DNA of 53,118 nt, counting the filler, from Basidioascus undulatus (taxonomy: Eukaryota), in the NCBI GenBank assembly GCA_000826855.1. It is 4 parts of 4 records of this genome, joined end to end, with 100 filler letters (N's around TTAATTAATTAA, not from the genome) between each part and the next. Parts side by side here need not be neighbours in the genome. Positions count along the whole stretch, not along the records: positions 26,615 to 39,819 come from JTLS01000832.1; 3 more parts are not named here. The stretch is one strand, 5' to 3'. Of the stretch, positions 26,515 through 39,819 are shown piece by piece. The notes under the pieces are model-generated. The model did no database searches, had not been told where the DNA came from, and saw only the letters and a program-made list of their open reading frames with translations. The translations under genes were made by a program, and so were the position numbers. Every line of letters begins with the position of its first letter. The stretch's first letter is position 1.

Positions 26515-26614
26515 NNNNNNNNNNNNNNNNNNNNNNNNNNNNNNNNNNNNNNNNNNNNTTAATTAATTAANNNNNNNNNNNNNNNNNNNNNNNNNNNNNN
26601 NNNNNNNNNNNNNN
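26515..26614. other. Artificial contig linker N44-TTAATTAATTAA-N44
   Basis: Same spacer as at 13209. Confidence 0.98.
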
Positions 26615-28381
26615 GTGGTGCGACGGAAGCTCGCTGGGAGGATGGGCGCGGCGCGCTCTTGCGCGGCTCGGGAGGCGACGGCTCTGAATCGCCGTCAGAA
26701 ACTCCCGCCGCTGCAACGCCGTTCGCATCGCCAGGGCGGTTCACGCCTACGCGAGGAGAAGCCTCGCCCTTCTCCGTCTGCGCTTCCTCCTCCTCCTCCA
26801 CCACCACCACCTCTTCTTCCTCTTTTACCCTTGGATGTGGAGAAACCTGCGTCTCCTCCTCCATCTCCCACTCATCGTCGCTCTCGATCTCCACAATTTC
26901 CACCTCCACACTCTCCTCGACGACCAGCTCGGGCTCAGGCTTGGGCTCAGGCTCGAACTCTTCCACCACGTACGCGCGGCTGATGCGCGCGCGTTTGCGC
27001 TTCGGCTCGGAAGTAGAGTCGCGCGCGCTCTTGGATGCGGAGAGGAAGACGGAGGGCGTGGAGGTGGAGGAGGTTGCAGAGAGGGGTTGCGGAGGGGCGG
27101 GAGCGGGTGTCGGTGTCGCTGTGGAAGCGGGTAGGGGAGTGCGAGTAGCGCGGAAGGCGGATGGTGGAGAGGTGGCAGGAGGGGGGCGAGATGGAGCGGC
27201 CGTCGTCTGCTAGGAAGGCGGCAGGTCAACGGCGTGTGCTGTGGTCGGCTGCGTAGCCAAGACTCACAGTCTTTGTAGGAGACCGATGGACGCCGTTGGT
27301 GGTGCTTGCCCGAGTCGGGTCAGGCTGTGGAGGTGGAGGGGGAGCCTGTCTTGTCAGTCTCGGTCAGAGCCAGGTCATGCGCAGCGAGTGCAGTGCGGTG
27401 AAGAGACTGGCGCACCTGGTTCCCTCTCCTCACCGCCAACCCAAGGATCCCATCCACAACCTTCCAGTCCTTCTCGACCCTGCCGAGGTACCTCTCGAGC
27501 ACGCCAAGGACGCTCTCGATCGGAATGCGGTCCTGAAAGCTGGTGAATGCGCGCTCTCCGCGGACGGCAGCCTTGAGCGCGGCGCGATGGTCGAGGAGCG
27601 GGCTCGCAGACTGTCCACTGCCGCGCCTCCCCCTGCGGGTCCGCCGCCGCTCCTCCTCCCACAGGGACACGAACTTTTCTGCTTCGCGGATGGCATCGCG
27701 CAGCTCTGTGCGCTGGGGCAGGTGGAGGGCCGGGGAAGAGGGCGTGATTGGGAAGTAAGCGTCGACGAGGGCGCGGGCGGATGAGAGGTCCGAGGGGCTT
27801 TGGAGGATTTGGGTAAAGACGTGCTGTGTGAATGAAGAGGTGTCGATGAATTCTGTGAAGTAGAGAGCGTGTAAATGCGGTGGAAGGTTACGTACGAGAC
27901 GTTTCAGGCACTTTGAGACGATTTCCACCTCCTTCGCCCCCTGCTGGGCCCGCTTGAAGCCCGCAGCGGTCTGGAGCTGGGCCACATCCTCCTCGCTGAG
28001 CAAGGGCTCGCTCCGAGGGCGAGTCTTGCTGCGCGCAGCTTGCTTGTTCGCTTCGAGCGCGCTGCGTGCGGCGTCGACAGCGTAAGCGCGGAGGGTGTCG
28101 ATCTGGGCGAGGATGGCCAGGCCGTTGTCGAGTAATTCCCATGCGGGGGTGGGTTGTAGGATGCGGCGGAGGGTGTGTGTGAGCGCCGGGAGGGGGACTG
28201 GGTCGGTGAGGGAGTGGGCGTCGCGCGTGGGCGGAGACGTGTGCATGAGCAGCAGTTCGTCGACCTGGGCCGGGGTGAGCTTGTCTGGGTTTCCCAGCAT
28301 GCCCATCAGATTCGCTAGCGGGTCGTCCGTCGCCGCCGTTGGATTGGTCGTGCTCGTCGTTGGCGAGTCTGGCCCGGTCAT
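26615..28381 (-). CDS. Protein with helical N-terminal domain (possibly TRFH/TRF-like) and acidic low-complexity region; 3' truncated by contig end
   Basis: Long first exon from ATG 28381, then GT-AG introns (NQ|gtgcgc; AAAGACT|gtgagt) and an E/P/S-rich exon running into the linker. The gene itself is well supported; the family call is weak. Confidence 0.7.
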
Positions 28382-28699
28382 CGCGACCGCGGATGAAGAA
28401 CCCTCCAGGACGCGTTCGACGCGCGTTCATGGGCGGCTGAAACCGCACGTGACCTGTCCTGTAAGGGCTTGTTGTCGTGAAGTTGGCCTTGGTTGGTCCC
28501 TGCGCTCAGACGCATGCATTTCAAGGCTTTTGTATGTTTTGATGGGCAGAACTAAAAGCAAGGGGCTTGAAAGAATGAAAAAAGGTTAGTAAGAACCGGG
28601 CGACCTCGACCGGTCCATCACGGCGTACCCGGGAGTCGGCGGAATCCTCCTGTCCTCCCTCTCCTTCTGCCACATCACAACTTGCTACCTCGATCTGCA

Positions 28700-30070
28700 T
28701 CCCCATCGCTTTCGAGTTCTCACCATCAAAATGTACCGCCGAACGAAGTCCTCGCTCGAAAACGTGGACATACGGCGACGGACCACACCCAGCGGCGCAT
28801 GTCGTGCTCGTTTGTCGTCGCTGGAAAGACATCTTTGAGACTTTGCCATTCGCAAACGTTGAAGTTTGGGGATGGACTTATGGAAGTTTGTTCGCTTTAT
28901 CATTCGCCGTTGTTCTCGTCTCGGTCGCTCGCGGCCGTCGAATCGATCACTTTCGACTATCAAGAGGAGGAAGGGTATCCGAGCATGCGCGACATCGACC
29001 TGCAGGTCCTGGCGTCGTTCAACTATCTCCAGAGCGTTCTGACCTGTTCACTGCGCCGACCGTCTGGGAATATTCACGCTCGGCCCGGTGTTTGTCGAGG
29101 AACTCGCTCTCAGCACATCCGTCGAACACCTTCGGGAGATTTCACTGTGCACGCATGCCCCATTCGGCACAGTCGTTTCGTCTCTCAACTCACTGTCCCG
29201 ACTGATACATGTCACGCTCGATTTCCGGAACGCCGACCCCGAAGCCGGAGCAGACAATCAGTTGCAGTCGATCCTTGACTTGCCTTTGTTGAGGTACCTC
29301 AGCCTCAGCGCGTATAGCGAAGACAATGCTTTCGTTCGGCACATCCTCGAAGTCTTTCATCGCTCAAAGCTGCCGTCGCTTTCGCGTCACGAGCTCTACG
29401 CATCCGACCTACCGAAAAAGCCCTTGCGTAGCTCTCTTGATACGATCGGCGTCCACCTTGTCAGCCTTCGGCGAGACTTACCAGTGGACGCAGCACCTTT
29501 GGATCCAGAACCTTCGACCTATCTCGTCTCACATGCCCTGCCTTGAAGACGTACATGCCGCCCACGAGCAGTGTGGGGAGCGGTACCGGGCTCGTTCACC
29601 CTACCATCCAGAGTCAGGCTACAGTATCCACACTATTTCAAGGATCCGCGCCTTCACTGATACTTTATCGAACGAGAATCTCTCCTCGCTCTGTCGTGTT
29701 GAAGCGCCAACCAACTTGCAGTTCCATGCGTACGATTTCACGTACTGTGTTACGATCGCGGACTTCTCCACAGGCTGGACGTCCCGTTGGTGGACTTGGC
29801 GGGAACGGAACTGCGCATTGCACCGGGTTCTAAGTACATGTATGACTTGGAGTGATGTGATCTTTGCAATGCGCGCACAGCACCAAGCTTCCCATTTTCT
29901 CCCAAGTTCCCTTCGAGGTTCTTGGCACTTCCAGCTTGCTTGGCAATGCTGGCGAATGCCGGGTATGCAGGCCTTCGCTTCGGTGCTCGGCTCAAAGAGG
30001 TGTTGAACTTAGGGATACAGTGTCAGACGGTTGTCACGCGTACGCCGACTGGTTGCGAAAGTTGAGATAG
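28700..30070 (+). pseudogene. F-box/LRR pseudogene
   Basis: NVPPNEVLAR and LVCRRWKDIF (F-box motifs) are in different frames. LRR-like HLREISL, LSRLIHVTLDF and LPLLRYLSLSA follow with further frameshifts. Confidence 0.6.
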
Positions 30071-30454
30071 CTAAGGAATGTGTGGGTGTCAGAAAACATT
30101 TCGTGTGTGAGGGTGTGCAGGGCAGCCCACTCTGCAGCTGTATACCGCGGGTTCTCCCTCAGCCTGCTCTGCCGCTATAGAGGGGCGTGACTGGCCAAGC
30201 CGGACCTACTCACTTTCCTGTCAGCCTAAATAATGTTTGCAATCGGCTGCTCTGATGTTGACAGGCACAGATCTCACAACGGCCACGCAGTGGGTAAGGA
30301 TATGGCAATGCGGTGCTCTGGTAACAAAGGGACGGAAGAGCGAAGGTGCCTAACATGCGGTGAAGGTTAAAGAGACGTTATGTGCGAGTACAAAAATGCA
30401 ATGGATGCGTGAAGTCAATAACGAGATGATTGCGATGTGTGTATATTGTTCTAT

Positions 30455-33400
30455 TCAAAGAGCAGCCTGCCAGCCAGTGAAGGAAGGAAAGAACGTCCAA
30501 TGTCAGGACCGTCGCAGAGCAGGAAAAGCAGCAAAGGACTTATGTGTAGATGGTCGCAAGGGCGGTGTCATCCTGCGCCTGCTGGATGAGCTCGGCCACG
30601 TTCTGCTGAACGCTGAGCGTGGGCGAGAGCTTGAGCGAGACCGACATGAGCGCGCGATCCGCTTGTTCGCTGGCTGGCCCGCTGTCTGGATCCATAGCAT
30701 CGGCCGTGGTGCGGTCGAGCGCGCCATCTCCAGTTTCGCTCTGCATGCGGAGGAGCTTGAGAGGATTTGCCGTCCTAAAGAGATAGCGAGAGTGAGTGTC
30801 GTGGCCTTCAGGTGAAACTTGAAAGAACGTTCACCAAGTGTGTAGGGGATCAGCGCGGAAAACTTCCAGCACAGTCATGATGATCTCCGCAGAGTCGCGC
30901 AGGACGCGCAGCGTCTCCTCCGCGCAGCGCGTGAAAACGCCCGCGACGCCTGAGCTGCCCATGCCGTCGACGATGTCGCGGGTAAGACGGAAGGGTACGA
31001 GCTCGGGGATCGGCAAAAGGCGGCCCTACGGCAGATGAACCCATGTGAGCTCGCCTGAGGCGAAAAAGAAAGGCTACAGGAAGTACCTGGTCGAACGCGA
31101 TTCCGAGGTCGATATGGACGACCTCGCCGCTGACCTTGTCCATCAAGATGTTGGAGACGTGACGATCGCCGAGGCCCAGGATGTGCCCGACGATGGAAGT
31201 GACGGCGACGCTACGCGAGTAGTTGAGGCGCATAGCGAACCATGTCGTCGGCAGCTTGTGGTTCTCGGAGAAGAAGTGACGCAGAACGGGCTGGATGTTC
31301 TGCTTGACCTCGAGCCAGGCTCGAAGCTTCTCGGCGGGAGACGCGCTGCTGTCGGTCTGCTTCGCCTTGATGTGGTTTCGCGCTTGGAGGGGCGTCCAGT
31401 CCTTCGGCCGATACCTGTGGGAAACTGTCAATCCGGTGTTTCAAACCAACAACCTTTCGAGCATCGTCACACTCACCTCGGGTGCGCTGCTAACAACCAT
31501 TCGTTCATAGCCATGGTATTCTCGACGAATTCCAGGACGCCAGCCTGCGACGCCAGCGGGATGACCTTGTAGGTCCGGACGTGAAGCGATCGGCGGCGAG
31601 TCTGGCGGTCGCGCTCGAGGAGCGAGTTGACGAGCCCGAAGACCTGCTCCATGACGGCGTCTTGCCGAAGATCGTCCTCGCCCTTGAACTGTAAATGGGA
31701 AGCAGGCATAAGTCCCTGGCCGTCGCAGAACGTTCAAAGTGGTGACAACGCACCAGTTGCTTGTACCGCTTTCCAGTCGATGATATACAGTCGATGATGC
31801 GCGGGACGTGCAGCCCGCCAGCAAGGGTGAAGGTATCGGCGTAGCGCCGGATTGTCGGCACGTCCGCGTACTGGCCGGTCCTGTCGATTGGGAGCGTATC
31901 GGTGATGACGGGGACGGGTACGTCGCGGACGCGCTTGAGCTTGATGTCGTCGAGCAGGGGATGAGGACCGCTTTTGAGGGCGCCTCTCGAGCTCCGCGCG
32001 ACTTCCTTTCGGTCGTGCAGCTTGAGCATGGCGAACTGGATGTAGGCCTGACAGAGCGCCTCGAGCGCTCTGACCTTCTGCGTCAGCCGCTCCTGGCTTT
32101 GGACGCGGGCGAAGAGGTCCACCGCCGCTTGGGCTCGGCCCGCCTGCGAGGCAGAGCCGTCGGGACCGCGCGAGGCGCGGCGCGACTTGCTGCTCGCCAG
32201 TGTCGGCCCGGACTGGCCTTGACGGAGAGCATACACATGGTAGAGCGTATGGAACGGGTGATCGACGCAGAGGCGGTAGAGGAGCGCCTGGAGGGCGTGC
32301 TGGAACTTGGCGGAGCCGGCGCTCGCTTTCGACAAACGAGCGCACAGCTGGTGGGCGAGGAAGACGAACTTGTGCGTCGGTACGGCGTCGAGCAACGCAG
32401 CCATGGTCTCGTTGACTTCGTCGTCCGCCGAAGAGAGCCAGAGCGAAATGAGGCGGATCGCGTCGTCGTCGTGCGCGTCCGAGAACGAGAGGCACTTCGC
32501 ATACATCTCGAGCGCGCGCCCAAGGAAGGTAGCCATCTCGTCCTCGTGCTTGTCGAGCTTCTCGCGGTCCAGATCGCGCAGGCGAGCCGCCTTCTGGCGC
32601 GCGCTGTGGATGCTGTTGTAGTCTGCGCCAGGCGTGGACGCGCGCTGGCTGAGGCGGGCGTCGGCGTCCTTGATCTCCTTGTTCTTCAGCTCGTAGTACA
32701 AGCGAAGACGGTCGAACTCGGGCGACTTCTTGAGGAGGCGGTACTGCTTTTCCGCGAAGACGGCGTATTGATGGAAGACGGTCGCGTCAGCCTCTTCGAC
32801 GACGCCCGACGACGCGAGGAACTCGCTGGCCGGCCCGAAATACTTCGTCTCGATGTCGATGGCCCGCTCGAGACGAGCAGCGGAGAGCCAGTCGGCCTGA
32901 TCGCGACACCGAGTCAGTTGGAAGCGCGACCGGAGCAAAACAACGAAGCAGACGTTACCAAGCGCGCTGTAAGTAACGCTTGGGCAGACCCCGCGTTCGT
33001 CGACCGCTTCTTATTGTCCTTGCTGCGCCTGAGCTCGTCCTTTGGAAGCAGATTACGGAGGAGAGAGATCGCCATCGTGCGCTCGTTCTGAAGCCACAAA
33101 ACGTTCGCGAACTCCTCCTCGACGCGCGCTGCGGGTAGACGTGCGGCGACTTCGACGCGCTGAGCCAGCGTGATGGCATTGAGCGCTGCTTGCGGATTGC
33201 CCTGCTCGCGCGCGCTGCTGCTGAGGCGGAGAAGACAGGCGCGCTCGATCTGCGCTGCTTGTGCGCCTCGGGACGTCGGCGTGTCGCCGAGCTGCTCGCG
33301 TAGCTCGCGGTCCTTGACGGCGCGCAGCAGCGACATACGAGTGGCCAGGACCTTCTCGAGGTCGGGGAAGCTATAAAATGATGCTCGAATCATCAGCAAA

Positions 33401-36400
33401 GGATACTTTAAATAATCAAGAGACGGCACAGACGCACTCCAGAGCGGTCGACACTTGGCTCAGGTCATCGGACAGCTCGCCGTCCAACGGATGAGCTTCT
33501 CCGCCATTGGCCCAGCGCAGAACCTCGCGCAATGCCGCGAGATTGCGAGTGACTTGTCGAAGCTCCGTCGCGCTCTCCTGCCCGATGCTGGCGAATCGGA
33601 GCGTCTCCGCGCGAACCGAAGACTTGATCATGCCCTGGATAGCGGCGCCGTCGCGCTCGCGATGAATAGCGCGGAGCGCCGAGTAAAGCGTGATGTCGGG
33701 TTCAGTGGACTCGAGCGTGTCGACGGGAAGGTCCCACGTCTCCGTACGCCAGCCGAGCTCGTAGCTGACGCCGGAAGCGGACCCAGCGGACGACTTCGCC
33801 TGGAGGAACGACACTGCTAGCTTGTCGAAGCCGAACGAGTGCAGCGAGTGCACAATATCGAGCGCGGCGTCCGCAGCGCCGCTGGCCGCGATGCCGGACT
33901 CGTAGTCGGATCCATGGTACTCGAACGCGCGTCGCCACTGGCCCTCGTGGTGCAGACGGCGGACGATCGACGAGCGCACGTCGCGGCTCTGAATGCTGTA
34001 GAAGCCGTCTGGATCGTCGATGTTGGCGTAGATGTCGTACAGCACGTCCTCGCTCGCCTTCTGCTGATCGGCGTACCGCGCCGCGGCGTCGCGGCCCTCG
34101 TCCTCGTTCGCGAGCTCGAGAAAGAGAAGCGCCGTCGTGTACGCGCCGATGTTGGCCGCGCTTCGAGCGAGAAGAAAGAAGTCGATGGCGAGCCAACGGT
34201 TATAAGCGAGAGGGTCGTCCGACTTGGGCGGGACATGATGGCGAAGATGGAGGAGGACGTCGATGACGGCGCGCACGCAGTCCGGCGCAGCGCCTGGGTC
34301 GGAGAGCAGGCTGGAGAAGTAGCTCGAGAGGATGGAGCGAGGTCCAGAAGCGTCGAAATGTTGTGCGTGAAAAAGCTCATAGGAGAGAAGGGCTTGGACG
34401 AGGTGCACGAGAACGCGGCTGGCGAAGCTCGTAGTTGAACCGATGAGAGGGCGGAGGTACGCGTAAAAAGGCTCGATCTCGCCCAGAAAGTCGGCGAACA
34501 GCGCCGCCAGTCGGCGGATCCAGGACTCGAACACTCGCGCATCGGCAATCCACGCCTAGCAAGTAGAGAAGTCAACCGCAGCACAGGAGATCGGCGACAA
34601 TAAGAAATGTACTTCAGACTCGATAAGTCCCGCTAGACTCGCGACTTCCCTCGCGGGTGGTTCAGGCGGAGAGGCCACGGCTTGTACTTTGACGAGCTCC
34701 TTCTGAATCCCTTCCGGCCATCCAGGGGCGGCCAGAAGTCCGGACGTGGACGTGATGACGCAGCGCAGAGTGCGGTACGCGCCTTCCGTCTTCACGAGGT
34801 CGTCGCTGCGAAGCATGTCGACGAGGACTTGGACGAAAGGCATCTTGAGGCGTACGTCGGCGTCGTTCGGCTCGGCAGCGCTCTTCGAGCCGCCACGGCG
34901 GCCGGAGCTCGAAGGCGCCGCCAGGACGGCGAGTGTGCGGATGTCGGGCGTGCGCAGCTTCGCGTCACAGAGGTGAACGAGCTCCACGAGAGCCTCGATG
35001 TCCGCATCGTCAGCCCGGAGCTCGTCTGCGCGTGGCAGCGCGGCCTTGAGGTGCCACGCGATCGTCGGTCCGTGCCGGATACGCTCGGTCTCGGAGGAGC
35101 GCACCATTGCATCGCGCAGGGCGCGGACAAGCAGGAACTTACTCGTTCGCATGCTCGACCTTGCGAGAACATCGGCGAACTCGTCAAGGTCGAGGCTGCC
35201 CGACTCCGCAAGACGGCCTTGCGGGGCGCGAGGCCAGTAGGGGAGAACGTCGCGCGCTTGCGACGCGAGCTCGTCGACATCGAGCAGCATGCCGACTCGG
35301 CCTTCAAGCCAGTCGAGCAGCTCGCGCCCGTGCTCGCTCAGCGCCGGATCGTCGCATCGGCTGTAGCTCGCCGCGGCGTTGGACGCGAGCGCGAGGATAT
35401 CTGGAAACTCGGGCAAGGGCGACTTGAGGGTGATGTAGAGGTCCACGGCCCAGCGCAAGACGTTGGCCGCGAACTCGGCAATATCCCGCTGCGCGTGCAG
35501 GACAGACGCGCCGTGGAGCAGCGTGCGGAGGATGACCGGGTCGCGACATGCGGAGGGGGAGAGAACGACGAGGAGACACAGAGCGTAGAGGTAGCGCAGC
35601 TGCTCGTTGACGATGGCGGTGGTGCCGACAAGGTTGATGAGCTGGTGGGAGATGTGGTAGACTGTCGGCTCGGCGAGCACGTTCTCGTACTGCGTCGAGA
35701 GCCAGTGGAGAGCCCGTACGACAACAGGGAGCGTGAACGACGGCCGCGAGACTTCGAAGACCTCAAACATGGCACCGTGACTGCGCCGCGTCAGCGACCG
35801 GTAAAGCTTCGCGGTCGCGCCGCCGTCCGTCATCGCGTCGAAGATGCCAAGGCTTTGCTCATCCGGCGGACGGCTCAAGGCGAGCATGTTGAGGGCGATC
35901 TCGTCGAGCGTGTCGCTGAGGAACTGCTCGGGATCGCACTGCGGATCGAGCGCGCGAAGCTGGTCGATGAGGTAGTCGAAAAGCTCTTGTGAGCCCCGGT
36001 TGTAGTCGCGCGAGCTCTCGTCCAGAACGCCGACGCCCGAGACGATCTGGCGAGCGAGGAGAAGCGGTAGGCAGTCGCGGAGGCCGTCGGCGTACGGCCG
36101 GCCGACCATCTTGCAGAGCTGCTGGAAAGCCTTGCGGTCGTCGAAGCCGAGCGCGACCGAACCGACTTGGCGAAAAGCTGCCTGCATCGCCGCCTTGCGC
36201 GAAGAGAAGCCGAGCGGAAGCGAGGGCAGGGCCGTGAAGTCGATGCTGTTCTCCCGGCACATCGAAGCCATCTGGCTCGCGAACGCGGTCCAAAGTCGGG
36301 CAGGCGAGTCGAGTCCAAGACGGCGAGATACGGCGACGGTGAGGGCGTGGACGTGCCCGTCGAGGCTGCCCTTGGTAGACGTGGTGATCTCGATGAGGTG

Positions 36401-39400
36401 GTAGTACGCGGTCTTTGCTACGGCGCCGCTGCCGATGAGGACGTTCGCGAGACAGAGCGCGCGGGTGAGCATGAACTCGGGGATGTCGACATGGCGGGGG
36501 AGGGCGGTCTGGATGTCGTCGTAGATGTCGTAAGGCGAAGCATCGCCCTATATGGAGTGGCATGTCAGGCTCGCTCATGGATTGCAGAGTAATGGGGAAA
36601 GCAGCGCACGGTGCCGTGGAAAACGTCGAATAAACGGGGCGCAGAGGTCGCCACGCGGAAGCGGACTCGCATGTCGGCATCGCTCGCCATCATCGGAAGT
36701 ATCGAGGACGGGAACGTCTCGTTTGCGATGGAACCCTCGTCGTCCATGTCGAAGGGCATCTCCCAGATCTTCATCGGCGGATCGACGAGGAGGTACTGGT
36801 CTAGGAACTTGGCGAAGTGCAGGCGGATCGCCCACGACTTGATCTTCTCGCCGAAGAGGGACTGGCAGAACCAGTGGCAGAGTTGGCGGACGTGGCTGCC
36901 GAAGCTCGTAGACGCGATGGACGGCCGAGTCCAGACGGCGAGCGTCGCTTCGAGGAAGCGCAGCGCCAGCATCAGCGTCTCATCGCGTCGGCCAAACTCG
37001 TACGACATGAGCGTGTCTTGTATCGCGTCGAGGAAGGCGTCGGCGTCAGCGGTCGACAGGTGGAGCGTGCCGGCCTGGACGGCGTCGAGGACATGGCGAC
37101 CGATAGAGATGAGATGGGTGCCCTCGGCGGTAAGGAGTGCGTCGAGCATTTCTTTATCCCTCGTTGCGCCGCCCTCCGTGGACTGAAGGAGTGGGATGTG
37201 GGCGAGACCGCGCACGCACAGTGACACGCACGCGTCAACGGCGATCGGGAGCTCCGCTTGTCCTGCAGCGGCGTCGCCCGCGGCGTCCGCCACCGCGATG
37301 TTCTGCCGTCCGAAGTCGTCATCGTCGTCCATCGCGTCCAGATCGACTTTAATGGCGCCTGCCACGACAGGCGTCGTGCCCGAGCTGAGCGTCGTACGAA
37401 GCGCTGCGATCGTTTCGGCGAACGCGGTATGCACCTGCAGACACGGCGAGATCAGCACGATGCATTGTGTCGACAAAGGACGAGGCATACGCACATCGGA
37501 GCTTGTCCATATTACGTTTTGCAGCGATCCCTTCAGCCGCTGCGACATCGGCGGCGAAGCGACCTTGGCGGCAGCCGCCTCAAGGTCCTTTCTCACGCCC
37601 GACGACGGCCCGACTTGGAGGAGGACTGGCCACAGGGACTCGCTCTCGCTTCCGCCGGCGTCGTCCGCGAGGGTGAAGAGCGGCGCGAGACCTTGCAGGA
37701 TGAGAGCGCGCTCGGGAGGCGGCCACCGCGCGAACGCGAGACACGGCGTGATGACGCCGACGAGCTTGCAGGCGGCTTGGATCGTCCGCCGACTGGCGCG
37801 ATAGCCTTTGTTCCCGAGGTGCGCCTGAAGAGATTGTTAAAGATGAGTAATACTTCGCCGAACAAAACGCCACTCCTGCGCACCTCGAAAGACAGAGCGA
37901 GAATCACGAGATCCAACGACCGCCGGATCTTCTCGGGTGTTGCGCCCGTAAGGACATGCTTCGCGCTGTTCCACTCGGAGTCGAGCGCTTCGAGCGAGCG
38001 TTGCAGAAACGTAGACGACTTCGTCGCGATCGGTGGCGGCTCAATGACATCGTCCGCCGCGAGACGCGAGCGCGCCTCCTGCGCACGACTCGAATCGCTC
38101 GCGGGCGAAAGACGTGCGTAGAGAATGAACTCGCGAAGCGGCCCGGTTCGATGCTCGACAAGCAGGCGGGCCGTAATGGCGCAGTCGGGCAGGAGAAAGT
38201 CGGTGCAGAGGCGGGGAGGGGGGAGACGCGCGATGTAGGCGAGAAGAGTGAGGAGGTCGGCAGGGGTGTGTGGTTCGAGTTTACTACGCTGATTGAAGCC
38301 CTTGGTCGTGCCATCGACGACGCTCCACGTGCTCGAGAGCCAGTTGAGGACCTTGTCTTCGAGCGCCATGCGGAAGAGCCGCGCGTCCCTGCTGATCGCA
38401 TGCAAGCACCGCCCGAGGAACGCGCAGACCGAGTCGTACGGGAAGGCTGGTCCTTGGATATCGAGGTCGCGCAGGAGGGGCTCGATCGCGTTGAGCGACT
38501 TCAGCACATCGACGCGACCCGTCGCGAGCAGGACGTTGCCGGCGTGGCACGCGGCGCGCGTGGTCGTGGGCGTGAGCAGCCGGCGAAGGGCGTACGTCCA
38601 GACCTGCTCCCAAGGCGACGTCTCGCTGAGAGCGGCGGAGGAGACGGGCATCGAGGGAGACGAGTCATGCGGGAGGGCCGACGGAGGGTCGTCCACGGCG
38701 GCGAGGGCGGCAAGACAGATGAAGCTCCACGTCTGAATGCCGCCGTCTTCGTCCGCGAGGAGCTGGAGGAGGGTGGAGCGGATTTTGATCTTGAAATCGC
38801 GATGGAGAGCGTCGAACTGCCTCTCGATGACGAAGAGGAGGATCTGCAGGCGGTAGACCCTGACGACGACGGACGTGCCCGGAAGGATCGACAGGAGCAG
38901 GGCGTCGATCGGATTCTCCATCTTGCGCCGCTTCGCCACAGACCGTCCGCTCATGCTCGGCGACGTCGGGGCTATATTTTCGGAAAGAGCGAAAGCCTGG
39001 ACAAGGAGAATTAGTATGAACATGTGTACTTGAAGCGGAGGCGAGCGTCGCGAGACGTACCGTGGCCAAACAGTCCGACGTCAACTCGAGCGCCGCCCAA
39101 GTCAGAGCTGCCGCAGCGCCGAAGTGGAAGCCGAACCGCACCGTCCTGCCGCAGAACGCTGGGAGCGCCGCGTACGAGACAGCCGGGCCCTTGCCCTTGC
39201 CCTCCTTCCCTGCGCGCCCAAGCGCGTACTCCTCGGGGAGCTCGAAGCGTAGGGCGGCGAGGTCCAAGGGCTCGAGAGCCCAGCGTCCGTTCTCATGCTC
39301 CGAGAAGAGCGCGCCGTGCAGTGCCCAGATCTCCCCCGCGAAGCCGGGGTTGGACTCGAGTACCTCACGGCGCGCGACGAACGGGAGCAGAAGCCGAAAG

Positions 39401-39819
39401 GATATCACAAGCTGCTCCTTGAGCGCCTTATTTTTGGTCGGCCAGAGCGCGACAAGAAGGGGCCAGAGCTTGACGCCGAAGTGCGAGACGTCGTCGCGCA
39501 CGTTGAGCTCGAGCTCGATGAGCGCGCCGTTGAGCGCGCGCACCGCATCCTGATGGACGGTCGTCTCGGCGGAGAACGAGCTGAACAGGCGGACGAACTT
39601 GGTGAGGATGATGCGGGACGTGCTCGGCGGTTGCGGGCCCGCGTCGTCGGCGGGCGGCTTCTCGACGAACGGCGCCAACGGCGAGCGGCACAGCAAGTCG
39701 AGGCACGCAGCGAACTCGATGTCCTCCTGGCGGACGGTACGGCGGAGAGTTGTCGCGGATGCTGGCGTGCCTGAGCGTGCGGTGGTGACTGGCTCCCCCC
39801 CGTCTGACGACTCGGGGAC
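30455..39819 (-). CDS. TEL1: PIKK Ser/Thr kinase Tel1/ATM, 5' truncated by contig end
   Basis: FAT region, kinase motifs [60 protein letters not shown], and [35 protein letters not shown] (the last exon needs an AT-AC intron). Confidence 0.95.
30477..30543 (-). other. AT-AC intron in Tel1 FATC domain
   Basis: ATCTACAC|ataagt...cctgac...cctcac|TGGCTGGCAG restores IYT-GW-QAAL*. The unspliced frame stops immediately (ACA TAA). Confidence 0.82.

Noticed and set aside
30540..30545. Stop-codon readthrough or Tel1 pseudogenisation as explanation for the early TAA
   Set aside because: Readthrough does not reach the GW exon in frame (67-nt gap), and the remaining 9 kb of the gene is intact. An AT-AC intron explains it more simply.
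31808..39014. Long plus-strand ORFs (427, 436, 352 aa) opposite Tel1, and similar ones opposite CPA2
   Set aside because: Antisense shadows of GC3-biased coding sequence; no recognisable protein features.
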